Positions 17,838 to 28,312 are shown, counted from the stretch's first letter. The stretch is DNA of 63,010 nucleotides from Bacteroidales bacterium (GCA_007134525.1 SLKR01000019.1:1-63010); one strand, 5' to 3'. Program-made: numbers and translations. The notes: generated by a model from the sequence alone, not told the origin.

Positions 17838-18461
17838 ATGGGTTTGGCTAGGGGCGTTGCCAGGTTATTCTCTGTTTTGTTTCATCCGTTGTTTATCCCA
17901 ACACTCGGTATATTCATACTTTTCAGATTGGATACCTATCTGAGCTTTTCGATCGTACCGGAGGCCAGGCGGCTGATAATTCTGATGATATTCATTAATA
18001 CAGCTGTTGCCCCGGTTTTGTCAATACTTGTTCTGAAGTATACCGGGCATGTCAGGGACTATCTTCTCAGGGAAAGGAACGAGAGGATATTACCGCTGCT
18101 TATAGCTTCTTTAATGTTTTTTCTGACCTACTACTTTTTGCGTCAGCTATCTCTCCCCGGCCTGCTTTATTTCTATCTTATGGGAGCCACCCTGTTGGTT
18201 CTTATTTCTCTAATGGTTTCCTTCCTCTGGAAAATAAGCATTCATATGGTTTCCCTGGGCGGGTTCACTGCCTTTATGATAATCACATCCCTTCTGCTGA
18301 ACACTGACCTGATATTGCTGATTACGGCATCTTTCCTGGTATCAGGTATAACCGGGGCATCACGCCTTTATCTTGGCGCCCACACACCTGCACAGGTTTA
18401 TGCCGGATACATATTGGGGCTTGGCTCAATGCTTTTGCTGCTGTTTTATCTCAATATATAA
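17838..18461 (+). CDS. PAP2-like polytopic membrane protein with degenerate phosphatase motifs
   Basis: The 207-aa ORF has about 6 predicted helices. It contains KISIHM (a PSGH-like position) and SRLYLGAHTPAQ (SR-x5-H-x3 with Gln where Asp is expected). It starts 4 nt after the rpoN stop. Confidence 0.5.
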   Translation: MGLARGVARLFSVLFHPLFIPTLGIFILFRLDTYLSFSIVPEARRLIILMIFINTAVAPVLSILVLKYTGHVRDYLLRERNERILPLLIASLMFFLTYYFLRQLSLPGLLYFYLMGATLLVLISLMVSFLWKISIHMVSLGGFTAFMIITSLLLNTDLILLITASFLVSGITGASRLYLGAHTPAQVYAGYILGLGSMLLLLFYLNI

Positions 18462-18483
18462 GCCTGGCCAGAAAAGCTATTAC

Positions 18484-19203
18484 CTAGAAGAGAATCATTG
18501 ATACTCCAAGCGACAGAGGTAGCATATCTTCAGCGCTGTTGCCGTCGAAAACATTTATCAGGGGAAATCCCAGGCTAAAGTTAATGCTGCCGTATCCCAC
18601 CATTGCGGTTAGACCGATACGGTATTTTGATATGTTTCCGAGCCGGTGTTCTTTTATTTTGATCTTCCTTTCCCCCGCCATATGGCTGTATTCCGGATCA
18701 TAAATATGATAGGGCCCCGGGCTTTGAATTCCTTCGTACTTTGTGTGTGCATTTACAAGGTAACCGGCCCGTATACCCACGTAGAAGCGAAAATCCCTGA
18801 CTGTGCTGCGTGTCCTGTAGCGGAACTGAACAGGAATATCCAAGTAGTTTATGCTTAGTTTGTTTTTGTCGTAATCAACATCCAGGCTGTGAAAATCGAA
18901 TGTATTATCTGCCGGGTTGTAGAGATAGCGGGCGTCGCTGTAAATGTTGTGGCTGCTCAGCCCGAGCCCTGCAGCAATACTGAAGTTGCTTCTGCCAAGC
19001 GGCATATCCTGAAGGGCCTCAATTGATACACCCCTCTGTATTGTCTTTAGGTCGATATTGCCTGGTTGATTCTGCCATATATCTGTGAACAGGGTAAAGA
19101 TTAGACGGTCATCAGGGTGCATTCTTGTGGGAGAGAAGCTATTTGCCGCGGCCTGCTGCATCAGGCAGAATGAAATTATCACAATTATTAACGGGAATCT
19201 CAT
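18484..19203 (-). CDS. small outer-membrane beta-barrel (OMP_b-brl/porin family) protein
   Basis: The 239-aa ORF has a signal peptide, alternating hydrophobic beta-strand patterns and a terminal ...GVSMILF. Confidence 0.65.
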   Translation of the reverse strand: MRFPLIIVIISFCLMQQAAANSFSPTRMHPDDRLIFTLFTDIWQNQPGNIDLKTIQRGVSIEALQDMPLGRSNFSIAAGLGLSSHNIYSDARYLYNPADNTFDFHSLDVDYDKNKLSINYLDIPVQFRYRTRSTVRDFRFYVGIRAGYLVNAHTKYEGIQSPGPYHIYDPEYSHMAGERKIKIKEHRLGNISKYRIGLTAMVGYGSINFSLGFPLINVFDGNSAEDMLPLSLGVSMILF

Positions 19204-19232
19204 AATGAACGGATTTAGAATTGAAATTAAAT

Positions 19233-20180
19233 TTACGAAAAATCCATGTACTTCTCAAAGGATGCCCAGTAAGGCATTGGAATTTTGTAATTTTTTCCGC
19301 TGTTCAATACATCGTAGTACTGTTTCTTCTTTTCGTCCCCGGCGTGCTTCATTTGTGCTTCAAGGGCAGCCTGCACCTCCTCTCCCATTCTCCTGCGAAT
19401 TATTTCCCGCAGTATGAAACCCGGCAGATAAAAATAGCCGAAAGGGAACACCTTTCTTTTTTCAAAACCGCGTTTTCGACAAACTCTTTGCCCCTCTTTC
19501 AGGGCAATGATGTACTGGCTTACCAGTTCTTTTGCTGAAAGGAACAAGCGTGTACTGCCTGCTTTGCTTATAAGCCCCGGGAGTATTGCAGAAACCAGGT
19601 AACGGTACTGCAACCAGCTGATTATCTTTTTTTCAATTAAGGGAGAGAGTCCGGCAGTGTCTAAAATCCCGGCGGTTTTTTCCAGCCTCAAACTGGGACT
19701 GCCGTCTATTTCACCCAGTATTGTAGAGGCCTTCCCGAACAGGAAGCAGTTTATTCCGCTGTCGGTATGGCCCCCTGCTACTATACCGGGAAATCCGAAA
19801 AAGCATCTGCCTTTTGGGAAATGCTTTTCTGCCAGGCTAAATTCATCCCACATGCTTCCGAGAAAAAGAATATCAGAGTTGCCTGAATATTTGGCAATAT
19901 AAGGAACCGTGTCTTTAAGCTGGTTGCTCTTGACACAAACAATTATAATATCGTATTTGTCGCGTGGGTCGAGCCTGTCAGTGACCTTCGGTCTGAATAC
20001 GGTGTGTCCGTAATCTTTGCCTCCATCCCTCATATCCGAATAGCTTATTGATATGCCGGAATGGGCAAACCTTACCATCCTCTGTTTGCGAACAAAAAGT
20101 GTAACATCGCAGCCGGACTCCTGAAGCTGCCATGCGTAAGCAGTGCCCACCAGCCCGGCCCCAAAAATCAATACCTTCAT
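19233..20180 (-). CDS. ketopantoate reductase (ApbA/PanE)-like NAD(P)-binding oxidoreductase
   Basis: The 315-aa ORF has the N-terminal Rossmann motif MKVLIFGAGLVGTAYAW. The specific substrate cannot be assigned. Confidence 0.6.
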   Translation of the reverse strand: MKVLIFGAGLVGTAYAWQLQESGCDVTLFVRKQRMVRFAHSGISISYSDMRDGGKDYGHTVFRPKVTDRLDPRDKYDIIIVCVKSNQLKDTVPYIAKYSGNSDILFLGSMWDEFSLAEKHFPKGRCFFGFPGIVAGGHTDSGINCFLFGKASTILGEIDGSPSLRLEKTAGILDTAGLSPLIEKKIISWLQYRYLVSAILPGLISKAGSTRLFLSAKELVSQYIIALKEGQRVCRKRGFEKRKVFPFGYFYLPGFILREIIRRRMGEEVQAALEAQMKHAGDEKKKQYYDVLNSGKNYKIPMPYWASFEKYMDFS

Positions 20181-20310
20181 ATAGTAAAAAGTTTCTTTTT
20201 TTAAATATCATTTAGGCTTTCTGTTGTCAAAAATAAGAACAGTTGCGCATTTTTTGCATTATTTTTACACTTTTACTCAGGCTATCAGTTATTTTATCAG
20301 CCGGAATGAT

Positions 20311-22425
20311 ATGTACAGGGATCGTTCACATATACTTGATACTCCTGTAGAATACCTTAAGGGTGTCGGGCCAAGGCGGGCAGAGATTTTCAGGAGTGAG
20401 CTGGATATCCGCAACTTTTCTGACCTTCTTGAGTTTTTTCCCTTCAGGTATGTCGACAGGAGCAAGTATTATACTGTCAGCCAGATACGTGGCGATATGC
20501 CTTATGTGCAAATAAAGGGCAGGATAAGCGGTATCACATTGCACGGCAAACAACGCACAAGCCGGATGACGGCTACATTGTCTGACGAGACAGGCAGTAT
20601 TGAGCTGGTCTGGTTCAGGGGTTTTAAATGGCTGAAGGATAAATTCCGTAATGACAGGGAGTATGTAGTGTTTGGCAAACCTGTACCTTTTGGCAGATCT
20701 TACAGTATAGCCCATCCCGAGATTGAACCTTATGAGGATACAAAAACGGCTGTTTCTTCTGGATTGCAGCCGGTGTACAACTCCACTGAGAAGCTCAGGT
20801 CAAAAGGCCTGGACAGCCGCGGGACAGGGAAGCTAATGAAAACACTTCTTCCCCTTGTCAAAGAACATATTCCGGAAACCCTCCCGAAAAGTGTAACTGA
20901 ACCCCTAAGGCTTATAAGCAGGTCAGAAGCACTTCAGTATATACATTTTCCTGTCAACAATGATCTGCTTCAGAAAGCCCGGGCGAGATTAAAGTTTGAA
21001 GAACTGTTTTTTCTCCAGCTCAATCTTTTGCGTCACAGGCAGTTACGTATGGAAAAGTCGCAGGGTTTTTTGTTTACAAGGATCGGAAATCAGTTTAACG
21101 AATTTTATCATCAAGGCCTTTCGTTTGAACTAACTAATGCGCAGAAGAGGGTGCTCAGGGAGATACGCAGGGATACCCTGTCGGGAAAACAGATGAACAG
21201 GCTGCTACAGGGGGATGTTGGAAGTGGCAAGACCATTGTGGCAGTAATGAGCATGCTGATGGCGCTTGATAATGGCTTTCAGGCTTCACTGATGGCTCCG
21301 ACGGAGATCCTGGCATTCCAGCACTATGAGTCAGTGCGCAGCATGCTTGAAGGTTCCGGGGTTGAGGTTGCCCTTCTTACAGGGACGACAAAAACCGGAG
21401 AAAAAAAAAGGGTATTGAAAGGACTGACAGATGGCAGCATAGATATAATCATCGGTACACATGCATTGATAGAGGATATGGTTGAGTTTGACAGGCTTGG
21501 GCTGGTTGTTATTGATGAACAGCATCGTTTTGGTGTTGCTCAGCGGGCAAAGCTCTGGTCCAAGAGTGATACACCCCCGCATATACTTGTAATGACTGCT
21601 ACTCCGATCCCGCGAACACTTGCAATGACTCTCTATGGTGACCTTGATGTATCGGTTATTGACGAGTTGCCTCCCGGCCGGAAACCGGTAAAGACAATAC
21701 ATCAGTATGACAATAACAGGCTTAAGGTATTCGGCTTTATGCGAAAGCAGATAGAACAGGGCCGGCAGGTGTACGTTGTTTATCCGTTGATACAGGAGTC
21801 GGAGAAACTTGACCTGAAAGATCTTACTGACGGATATGAAAGTATTGTAAGGGAATTCCCTGCCCCGCAATACAATGTAAGTATAGTCCATGGCAAAATG
21901 AAGCCGGCTGACAAGGATTATGAAATGCAGCGGTTTGTGAGCGGGCAGACAAATATTATGGTAGCCACTACTGTTATTGAGGTTGGAATAGATGTGCCTA
22001 ATGCAAGTGTTATGGTTATTGAAAGTGCCGAACGCTTCGGTCTCTCGCAGTTGCATCAGCTCAGAGGCAGGGTTGGCAGGGGTGCTGAACAGTCGTATTG
22101 TATACTTATGTCAAAATATGAGTTGAGTGCAGATGCAAGGAAGCGGCTTGAAGTTATGGTTGAGAGCAATGATGGTTTTCGCATAGCAGAAACCGACCTG
22201 AGGCTTCGGGGCCCCGGAGATATACAGGGAACAAAGCAGAGCGGCATACTGGACCTGAAAATTGCCGATATAGCACAGGATGGTCAGATCCTTAAGTTTG
22301 CCAGGGCCCAGGCAAAAACCCTGCTTAATGAGGATCCGCATTTAAGCAGGCCCGAAAATCTGACAGTTAAAAAACGCATTCATGAGCTATTCCGCGACAA
22401 GCTGTTCTGGAGCAGGATCAGCTGA
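20311..22425 (+). CDS. recG: ATP-dependent DNA helicase RecG
   Basis: I trimmed the ORF 20224-22425 to ATG 20311 (MYRDRSHILDTPVEYLKGVGPRR). It has a wedge domain, Walker A GDVGSGKT, DEQHRFG and a TRG-type C-terminus. Confidence 0.93.
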   Translation: MYRDRSHILDTPVEYLKGVGPRRAEIFRSELDIRNFSDLLEFFPFRYVDRSKYYTVSQIRGDMPYVQIKGRISGITLHGKQRTSRMTATLSDETGSIELVWFRGFKWLKDKFRNDREYVVFGKPVPFGRSYSIAHPEIEPYEDTKTAVSSGLQPVYNSTEKLRSKGLDSRGTGKLMKTLLPLVKEHIPETLPKSVTEPLRLISRSEALQYIHFPVNNDLLQKARARLKFEELFFLQLNLLRHRQLRMEKSQGFLFTRIGNQFNEFYHQGLSFELTNAQKRVLREIRRDTLSGKQMNRLLQGDVGSGKTIVAVMSMLMALDNGFQASLMAPTEILAFQHYESVRSMLEGSGVEVALLTGTTKTGEKKRVLKGLTDGSIDIIIGTHALIEDMVEFDRLGLVVIDEQHRFGVAQRAKLWSKSDTPPHILVMTATPIPRTLAMTLYGDLDVSVIDELPPGRKPVKTIHQYDNNRLKVFGFMRKQIEQGRQVYVVYPLIQESEKLDLKDLTDGYESIVREFPAPQYNVSIVHGKMKPADKDYEMQRFVSGQTNIMVATTVIEVGIDVPNASVMVIESAERFGLSQLHQLRGRVGRGAEQSYCILMSKYELSADARKRLEVMVESNDGFRIAETDLRLRGPGDIQGTKQSGILDLKIADIAQDGQILKFARAQAKTLLNEDPHLSRPENLTVKKRIHELFRDKLFWSRIS

Positions 22426-22432
22426 CTGCCTC

Positions 22433-22465
22433 CAATAAAAAAGCCCCGGCAGTACTGCCGGGGCC
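22433..22465 (-). terminator. intrinsic terminator (strong for tonB-like gene, A-tract makes it potentially bidirectional for recG)
   Basis: A 10-bp palindromic stem pairs GCCCCGGCAG (22443-22452) with CTGCCGGGGC (22455-22464). On the minus strand it is followed by TTTTTTATT. Confidence 0.7.
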
Positions 22466-22485
22466 CTGTATATTAAAAGTTTTGC

Positions 22486-23163
22486 CTAGTTGAGTCTGAA
22501 CCTTATGGGCATGTTAAACTGTACTCTTACAGCCTGGCCCCTCTGACGGCCGGGTTCCCAGCGTGGCATCATGCTGACAACCCTAACTGCCTCCTCATCA
22601 CATCCGCCACCGATACCACGAAGTATACGTACGTCGGTAACGCTGCCGTCGGTTTCCACAACGAAGGTTACAAATACTGTTCCCTGTATACCGGCTTCGC
22701 GTGCCATCTGCGGATACCTGAGGTTCTCTTCCAGGAATCTCTGGCGCGCTTCCTCTCCACCCGGGAACTCTGGTTGGTCCTCAACAACTGTGAAGATAAC
22801 ATCTTCTTCAAACTCTTCCTCTTCTTCTATCACAATCGGGGTAAACTCCTGAACCTCTGTAAAAACGTCAGCGTCAATATCGATTGTGAACTCTTCCTCA
22901 AGCTCCACGTCGTCATCGACAATTATAAGCTCCTGTGAGGGCTCAGGAGGGGGAGGCGGTGGTGGTTGCTCCTGCCTTGTAATGGGGATATCTTCCTCCT
23001 CAATAAAGTCTATTTCGAGTGTGCCAAGGTCAATTTCCGGACGCTCATAGTGCTTCCATTCAAAAGCAACCAGGGCAGCACCCAAGGCAATTGCAATGCC
23101 AATCTGCAAAAAGATCTTCTTTTTGCTTTCAAGGTCTGCTTTCGGTGATTTTTTTGGTTCCAT
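22486..23163 (-). CDS. energy transducer TonB
   Basis: The 225-aa ORF has an N-terminal anchor, a Pro-rich spacer QEQPPPPPPPEPS and a C-terminal TonB domain (PEFPGGEEA...GTVFVTFVV...). Confidence 0.88.
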   Translation of the reverse strand: MEPKKSPKADLESKKKIFLQIGIAIALGAALVAFEWKHYERPEIDLGTLEIDFIEEEDIPITRQEQPPPPPPPEPSQELIIVDDDVELEEEFTIDIDADVFTEVQEFTPIVIEEEEEFEEDVIFTVVEDQPEFPGGEEARQRFLEENLRYPQMAREAGIQGTVFVTFVVETDGSVTDVRILRGIGGGCDEEAVRVVSMMPRWEPGRQRGQAVRVQFNMPIRFRLN

Positions 23164-23283
23164 AATTTTTTATCTCAGGTTGTTATTTCCGGTTGTTTAA
23201 TCTATTCCCAAACGCCCTGAAAATAGTGCGCTAATATACAAAGTATTTTGGAATTATCATTTTATATCCCGGATTTTTAAAAT

Positions 23284-23691
23284 TTACTTTTTTGCTTGGT
23301 TCAACGCCATGAGAAATACTCCAAAAACCGTTCCAAAACAATTTGCCATGAAGTCCTGATAATTTCCATGGCGCCCGGGCAAACAGCAATATTGAATATA
23401 TTCTGTAAGGGCTCCGTATGTCACCCCCGCCGCAATACTTATCAGGGCAATACTGAAACCACTTGCTGGAGATCTCTCCTTTTTTACGGTGTTCAGGGCT
23501 TCAAGCCCCCGGTAAGTCAGCACCCCGAATACCGCAAAGATAATGAAGTGGATCAACTTGTCGATGCCTGGAATTTTCAGCACATCACTCTCTGGTATAC
23601 TCTCTCCGGGAATACCTGTGATGACTAAAATTACCGCTGCCCAGGCAATGGGGGGCAGCAGCCGCCTGAAGACCTGGCCTGCTGGTATCAA
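23284..23691 (-). CDS. VanZ family membrane protein
   Basis: The 135-aa ORF has 4 helices and a ...DKLIHFIIFAVFG... motif typical of VanZ-like proteins. Confidence 0.7.
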   Translation of the reverse strand: MIPAGQVFRRLLPPIAWAAVILVITGIPGESIPESDVLKIPGIDKLIHFIIFAVFGVLTYRGLEALNTVKKERSPASGFSIALISIAAGVTYGALTEYIQYCCLPGRHGNYQDFMANCFGTVFGVFLMALNQAKK

Positions 23692-23700
23692 TACCCTCTT

Positions 23701-24081
23701 TTATTCGCTGATCAACTCTTTGTACTTTTCGGCCGACAAAAGCTCCTCAACCTCCGACTTATCGGAAAGCTTAAGTTTGATTATCCAACCCTTGCCGTAG
23801 GGATCCTTGTTGATTGTATCGGGTGTTGACTCCAGTTCTTCATTGAACTCTATAATTTTGCCTGATACCGGCATAAAGAGGTCGGATACTGTTTTTACAG
23901 CTTCAATGGTGCCGAAAGTTTCTTCCTTTTCAATTGTTTCTCCTACGGTCTCGACCTCAACGAAAACCACATCACCCAGTTCGTTCTGGGCAAAATCGGT
24001 TATACCAACCACGGCAGTGTCTCCGTCAATTTTGACCCATTCGTGATCCTTTGTGTACTTAAGGTTGTCGGGAATATTCAT
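23701..24081 (-). CDS. gcvH: glycine cleavage system protein H
   Basis: I trimmed the ORF to ATG 24081 ([16 protein letters not shown]). It has the lipoyl-lysine motif IEAVKTVSD. Confidence 0.93.
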   Translation of the reverse strand: MNIPDNLKYTKDHEWVKIDGDTAVVGITDFAQNELGDVVFVEVETVGETIEKEETFGTIEAVKTVSDLFMPVSGKIIEFNEELESTPDTINKDPYGKGWIIKLKLSDKSEVEELLSAEKYKELISE

Positions 24082-24147
24082 TTCTTTGGGTTTTAAGTGA
24101 TTTAAAAGCCAAAAATACAATCTTTTTTAACCAAATAAAAGAATTGT

Positions 24148-24471
24148 TCAGAAAAGACCAAGTTCAAGCATTGCGGCTTCAGACATCATATCCTTTGTCC
24201 AGGCAGGCTCAAACACGAGGCTTACATTTACCTTGCCGGCATTTTCAACTGACTTAACAGCCTGTTCGACCATTTGCGGTATCTTGTCAGCAACCGGACA
24301 GTTCGGGTTTGTAAGCGTCATCCTGATTTCAATGTCGCCATTCTCACTTATATCTATACCGTAAATCAGTCCAAGGTCGTAGACATTTACCGGGATCTCC
24401 GGGTCAAATACAGTTTTTAGTGCATCTATAACCGACTGTTCAGCAGGAATGTCATTATCCTTTACATTCAT
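24148..24471 (-). CDS. sufT: DUF59/SufT-like Fe-S assembly protein
   Basis: The 107-aa ORF has the motifs DPEIPVNVYDLGLIY and MTLTNPNCPV and lies at the tail of the suf operon. Confidence 0.85.
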   Translation of the reverse strand: MNVKDNDIPAEQSVIDALKTVFDPEIPVNVYDLGLIYGIDISENGDIEIRMTLTNPNCPVADKIPQMVEQAVKSVENAGKVNVSLVFEPAWTKDMMSEAAMLELGLF

Positions 24472-24476
24472 GGTCG

Positions 24477-24908
24477 TTATTGTTTTTTATTCTGTTTTTC
24501 AAATGCAAGGGCATACAACTTCATCTGTTTTATCATGTTTGACAGACCATTGGAGCGGGTTTGTGAAAGGTGTTCCCTGAGTCCTATCTCGTCAATGAAA
24601 GACATATCGGATTGCACAATGTCGGTTGCCTTTTGCCCTGAAAGCACCCTGATCAGCAGAGCTATTATTCCCTTGGTTATCAGAGCGTCGCTGTCGGCCG
24701 AGTAAAACACCTTGCCATCCATGTAATGGGCATGCAACCAGACCCTTGCCTGACAACCCTTTATCAGGTATTTTTCGTTCTTGAAATCCTTGTCAACAGG
24801 CGGAAGCGATTTGCCAAGATCGATGATATAGTTGTATTTGTCCATCCAATCATCAAAAAGCTCAAACTCCCTGACTATTTCCTGCTCCTTTTCCTTAATA
24901 TTCTGCAT
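24477..24908 (-). CDS. sufE: SufE family sulfur acceptor
   Basis: The 143-aa ORF has an active-site Cys in IKGCQARVWL. Confidence 0.88.
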   Translation of the reverse strand: MQNIKEKEQEIVREFELFDDWMDKYNYIIDLGKSLPPVDKDFKNEKYLIKGCQARVWLHAHYMDGKVFYSADSDALITKGIIALLIRVLSGQKATDIVQSDMSFIDEIGLREHLSQTRSNGLSNMIKQMKLYALAFEKQNKKQ

Positions 24909-24938
24909 ATTGTGAATTATATTATTGCTGTTATTCTG

Positions 24939-26156
24939 TTATGCCAGCATCTCCCTTATCTTTATCAGCGCATTCACCAGGATGTCAGCTTCCTCCATGG
25001 TGTTATAGATGGCAAAAGATGCCCTCACAGTACCGGGCACCCCGAGATGATCCATAAGAGGCTGGGCGCAGTGGTGTCCGGTACGCACTGCAATACCCAT
25101 TTTGTCGAGCAATATTCCGGTGTCGTAGGGATGGATATCTTCAAATATGAAGGAAATTACACTGCTCTGCTCTCGGGGCGAGGCAATAAGCCTGAGCTTG
25201 TCAATCCCTGCAAGTTTTTCTTTTGCGTATTCGAGAAGCGCATCTTCGTGGGATGCAATTTCCTTGTACCCTAGTTCTGTTATAAAAGTTGCAGCAGCTT
25301 CCAGCCCTAAAACATCTGCGACATTTGGAGTGCCGGCCTCAAACTTGAACGGCAGTTCGTTGAAGGTGGTCTTTTCAAAACTGACCTCTTTTATCATTTC
25401 ACCCCCGCTTTGATAAGGTGGCATTTCTCTGAGCCACTCCTCTTTACCGTAAAGAACTCCGGTGCCCATGGGCCCATACATCTTATGACCGGAAAAGCAG
25501 TAAAAGTCGCAGTCGATCTCCCTGACATCAACCTTCATATGTGGTGTTGCCTGTGCTCCGTCAATAAGTACAGGTATATCCAATTTGTGTGCGATACCGG
25601 TTATCTCCCTTACAGGGTTTACTGTTCCGAGGGCATTGCTGACATGTGTTACTGCGATGATTTTGGTTTTTTTACCCAGCATATTGCCAAACTCATCCAG
25701 GTCAAGTTCGCCGCTGGCTGTAAGTGGTATTATCCTAAGCCTGGCCTTATGTCTTTCGCACACTATTTGCCAGGGGACTATATTTGAATGGTGTTCCATT
25801 TCAGATATTACCACCTCATCACCCTTTTTAAGGTATTTTTCTGCAAAGGAGTGCGCCACAAGGTTAATTGACTCTGTGGTGCCCCGGGTAAAAATTATCT
25901 CTGCCGGGCTGCCTGCATTTATAAATGACTGGATACTGTTTCTTGCCTTTTCGTATGCCTCAGTTGCCATATTGCTAAGGAAATGAGCCCCGCGATGTAT
26001 ATTGCTGTTCTCTTCCCTGTAGTACCGGCTGATCCTATCGATTACCTCCGCGGGTTTTTGTGTGGTAGCGGCATTATCAAGATATACAAGAGGCCGGTTA
26101 TTAACCTTTCTTCCAAGTATCGGAAATGATTTGCGCAGTTCTTCCTTTAGTCCCAT
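24939..26156 (-). CDS. sufS: cysteine desulfurase, SufS subfamily
   Basis: The 405-aa ORF has the PLP lysine motif FSGHKMYGPMGTG and the catalytic Cys motif RTGHHCAQP. Confidence 0.95.
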   Translation of the reverse strand: MGLKEELRKSFPILGRKVNNRPLVYLDNAATTQKPAEVIDRISRYYREENSNIHRGAHFLSNMATEAYEKARNSIQSFINAGSPAEIIFTRGTTESINLVAHSFAEKYLKKGDEVVISEMEHHSNIVPWQIVCERHKARLRIIPLTASGELDLDEFGNMLGKKTKIIAVTHVSNALGTVNPVREITGIAHKLDIPVLIDGAQATPHMKVDVREIDCDFYCFSGHKMYGPMGTGVLYGKEEWLREMPPYQSGGEMIKEVSFEKTTFNELPFKFEAGTPNVADVLGLEAAATFITELGYKEIASHEDALLEYAKEKLAGIDKLRLIASPREQSSVISFIFEDIHPYDTGILLDKMGIAVRTGHHCAQPLMDHLGVPGTVRASFAIYNTMEEADILVNALIKIREMLA

Positions 26157-26167
26157 GCTGAATAAAA

Positions 26168-27550
26168 TTAAAGCTTGCTCAGGTCGATATTAAATGTGGT
26201 TGGTTCCTTGCTGTTGCAGTGAAGTACGCACTGGTCGCATATCGACAACTCCCCTTTCAGCCTTTTTTCTACCATGCTGTGTATTCGTTTGCGCAATGCT
26301 TCGATTTCTATTTTGTCAACAACTTCACTTGCGAAGGCTATCATCATCAATTGTCGTGCCGATCTTTCACACAGTCCCCTTGAACGTATGTAGAACATCG
26401 CTTCCGGATCCAGCTGCCCAACTGTGGCACCATGTGAGCATTTGACATCATCAGCGTAAATCTCCAGGTGGGGTTGTGTGTTTACTTTTGCATCATCTGT
26501 GAGAAGTATGTTATTGTTGTTCTGGTGAGCCTCGGTTTGTTGGGAGTGCCTCCTTACCAGAACCTTGCCCGAAAACACAGCCTTTGCCTTATCGTCCAGG
26601 ATGCCTTTGTAAAGCTGGTTGCTTAAAGAGCCCGGGGATGCATGGTCAATGTTTATCTGGTTGTCGACATGTTGGTTGCTGTCAACCAGGTAAAGGCCGT
26701 AATGATCAGAAACACAGCCCTTGTCTGATATTTCATTATCAATTGTATTGCGGGTAAAGCCACCATTAAGTGTTACAATATTAGTGGTTACTTTGCTATT
26801 TTTCTCCTGCCTGATGAATGTGGTGGTTACCAGAGCAGAATTCCTGCCCTTGTTCTGTATTTTATAGTGGTCCACCCTGGCATCCTCCTCTGCAAACACC
26901 TCCATTACGGTATTTGTAAAACTAACATTGTGGGTGAGCGAATGATCACAGTGTACCAGGGTTATTTCCGAACCCTTGCCGGCTATCAGAATGTGCCTTG
27001 GCTGCAGAAAAACGGGATTTGGGGAGTCAACGATATTGATAAGCTGAATTGGTTTATTAACCTTTACACCCTCAGGCACATATATGAACAGTCCATCCTG
27101 AAAGAATGCCGTGTTTAGCGCAGCCATTTCGTAGTTGTCAGGTTTTGCAGCCCTCCCGATGTACTGATCCAGCAGCTCCGGATAAACTTCCATTGCTTTC
27201 GCAAGTGATCCGATAATTGTTCCGTCTGAAAGTTTAGACAAAGGGGCGTATTTGTGCACGAACCACCCGTTAAGAATGGTAATGCTAAAAGTGTCCAGGT
27301 CATAGACATCACAGGTGAAGAGTTTTTCTGTATCAATGTTGCCGAACCTGTTTGCAAGGTTTATCTCAAATTCAGTGTTGAGCAGGGGTGTAAGGTCAGT
27401 AAACCGCCAGCTCTCAAGGTTTGTTCCCGGAAAGCCCTTATCCCTGAACCGGGTAAATGCGTGCTGCCTTAGCCTGTTAACCAGGGGGCTGGAACTTCCC
27501 CTGATTACATCCTTTTCCCTGTTGTATAGTTCTATGAGCCTTTCTTTCAT
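26168..27550 (-). CDS. sufD: Fe-S cluster assembly protein SufD
   Basis: The 460-aa ORF has a beta-helix repeat region and sits between sufC and sufS. Confidence 0.9.
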   Translation of the reverse strand: MKERLIELYNREKDVIRGSSSPLVNRLRQHAFTRFRDKGFPGTNLESWRFTDLTPLLNTEFEINLANRFGNIDTEKLFTCDVYDLDTFSITILNGWFVHKYAPLSKLSDGTIIGSLAKAMEVYPELLDQYIGRAAKPDNYEMAALNTAFFQDGLFIYVPEGVKVNKPIQLINIVDSPNPVFLQPRHILIAGKGSEITLVHCDHSLTHNVSFTNTVMEVFAEEDARVDHYKIQNKGRNSALVTTTFIRQEKNSKVTTNIVTLNGGFTRNTIDNEISDKGCVSDHYGLYLVDSNQHVDNQINIDHASPGSLSNQLYKGILDDKAKAVFSGKVLVRRHSQQTEAHQNNNNILLTDDAKVNTQPHLEIYADDVKCSHGATVGQLDPEAMFYIRSRGLCERSARQLMMIAFASEVVDKIEIEALRKRIHSMVEKRLKGELSICDQCVLHCNSKEPTTFNIDLSKL

Positions 27551-27553
27551 GTC

Positions 27554-28312
27554 CTACTGATTTGAAGCTGCCTCTTTTTTGACCCATTCGTACCCTTTTT
27601 CCTCAAGTTCGTAAGCAAGTTCTTTGCCTCCGCTTTTGATTATTTTTCCGTCGAAGAGAACATGGACAAAATCCGGGATTATATAATCCAGGAGCCTTTG
27701 ATAGTGGGTTATTACTACCGTAGCATTGTCTTTTCGCCTGAGCTTATTCACCCCGTTTGCCACTACCTTTAGTGCGTCTATATCAAGCCCGGAGTCGGTT
27801 TCGTCGAGTATTGCAAGTCTGGGCTCCAGCAGGGCCATTTGAAAAATCTCGTTCTTTTTTTTCTCCCCACCAGAAAATCCCTCATTAACAGAACGCTTGG
27901 TGAGCTTCGACTGTATGTCAACTATCTTTTTCTTCTCCTCCATTAACTTTAAGAACTCTGCTCCGCTTAAGGGGTCAAGGCCAAGGTATTTTCTTTTTTC
28001 ATTGATAGCGGTTCGCATAAAGTTTGCCATACTTACACCTGGAATCTCAACCGGGTATTGGAATCCCAGAAAAATACCTTCACGTGCACGCATTTCGGCG
28101 GGCATTTTAAACAGGTTTTGACCCATATATTCTATTTCACCCTCGTCAACATCAAATCTGTCCCTTCCGGCGATTACCGATGCAAGTGTACTTTTTCCCG
28201 AACCGTTCGGGCCCATAATCGCATGTACCTCACCTTCCCTGACTTCAAGGCTCAGCTTTTTGATTATCGGCTTTCCGCCTATCGACACGCTTAAGTTCCT
28301 TATACTTAACAT
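27554..28312 (-). CDS. sufC: Fe-S cluster assembly ATPase SufC
   Basis: The 252-aa ORF has Walker A GPNGSGKST, the signature FSGGEKKKNE and Walker B LAILDETDSGLD. Confidence 0.96.
   Translation of the reverse strand: MLSIRNLSVSIGGKPIIKKLSLEVREGEVHAIMGPNGSGKSTLASVIAGRDRFDVDEGEIEYMGQNLFKMPAEMRAREGIFLGFQYPVEIPGVSMANFMRTAINEKRKYLGLDPLSGAEFLKLMEEKKKIVDIQSKLTKRSVNEGFSGGEKKKNEIFQMALLEPRLAILDETDSGLDIDALKVVANGVNKLRRKDNATVVITHYQRLLDYIIPDFVHVLFDGKIIKSGGKELAYELEEKGYEWVKKEAASNQ

Noticed and set aside
21331-22056. A 241-aa antisense ORF lies inside recG.
   Set aside because: The region is fully explained by the conserved RecG helicase motifs on the plus strand. The antisense product has no recognisable motif and no start context or promoter box.
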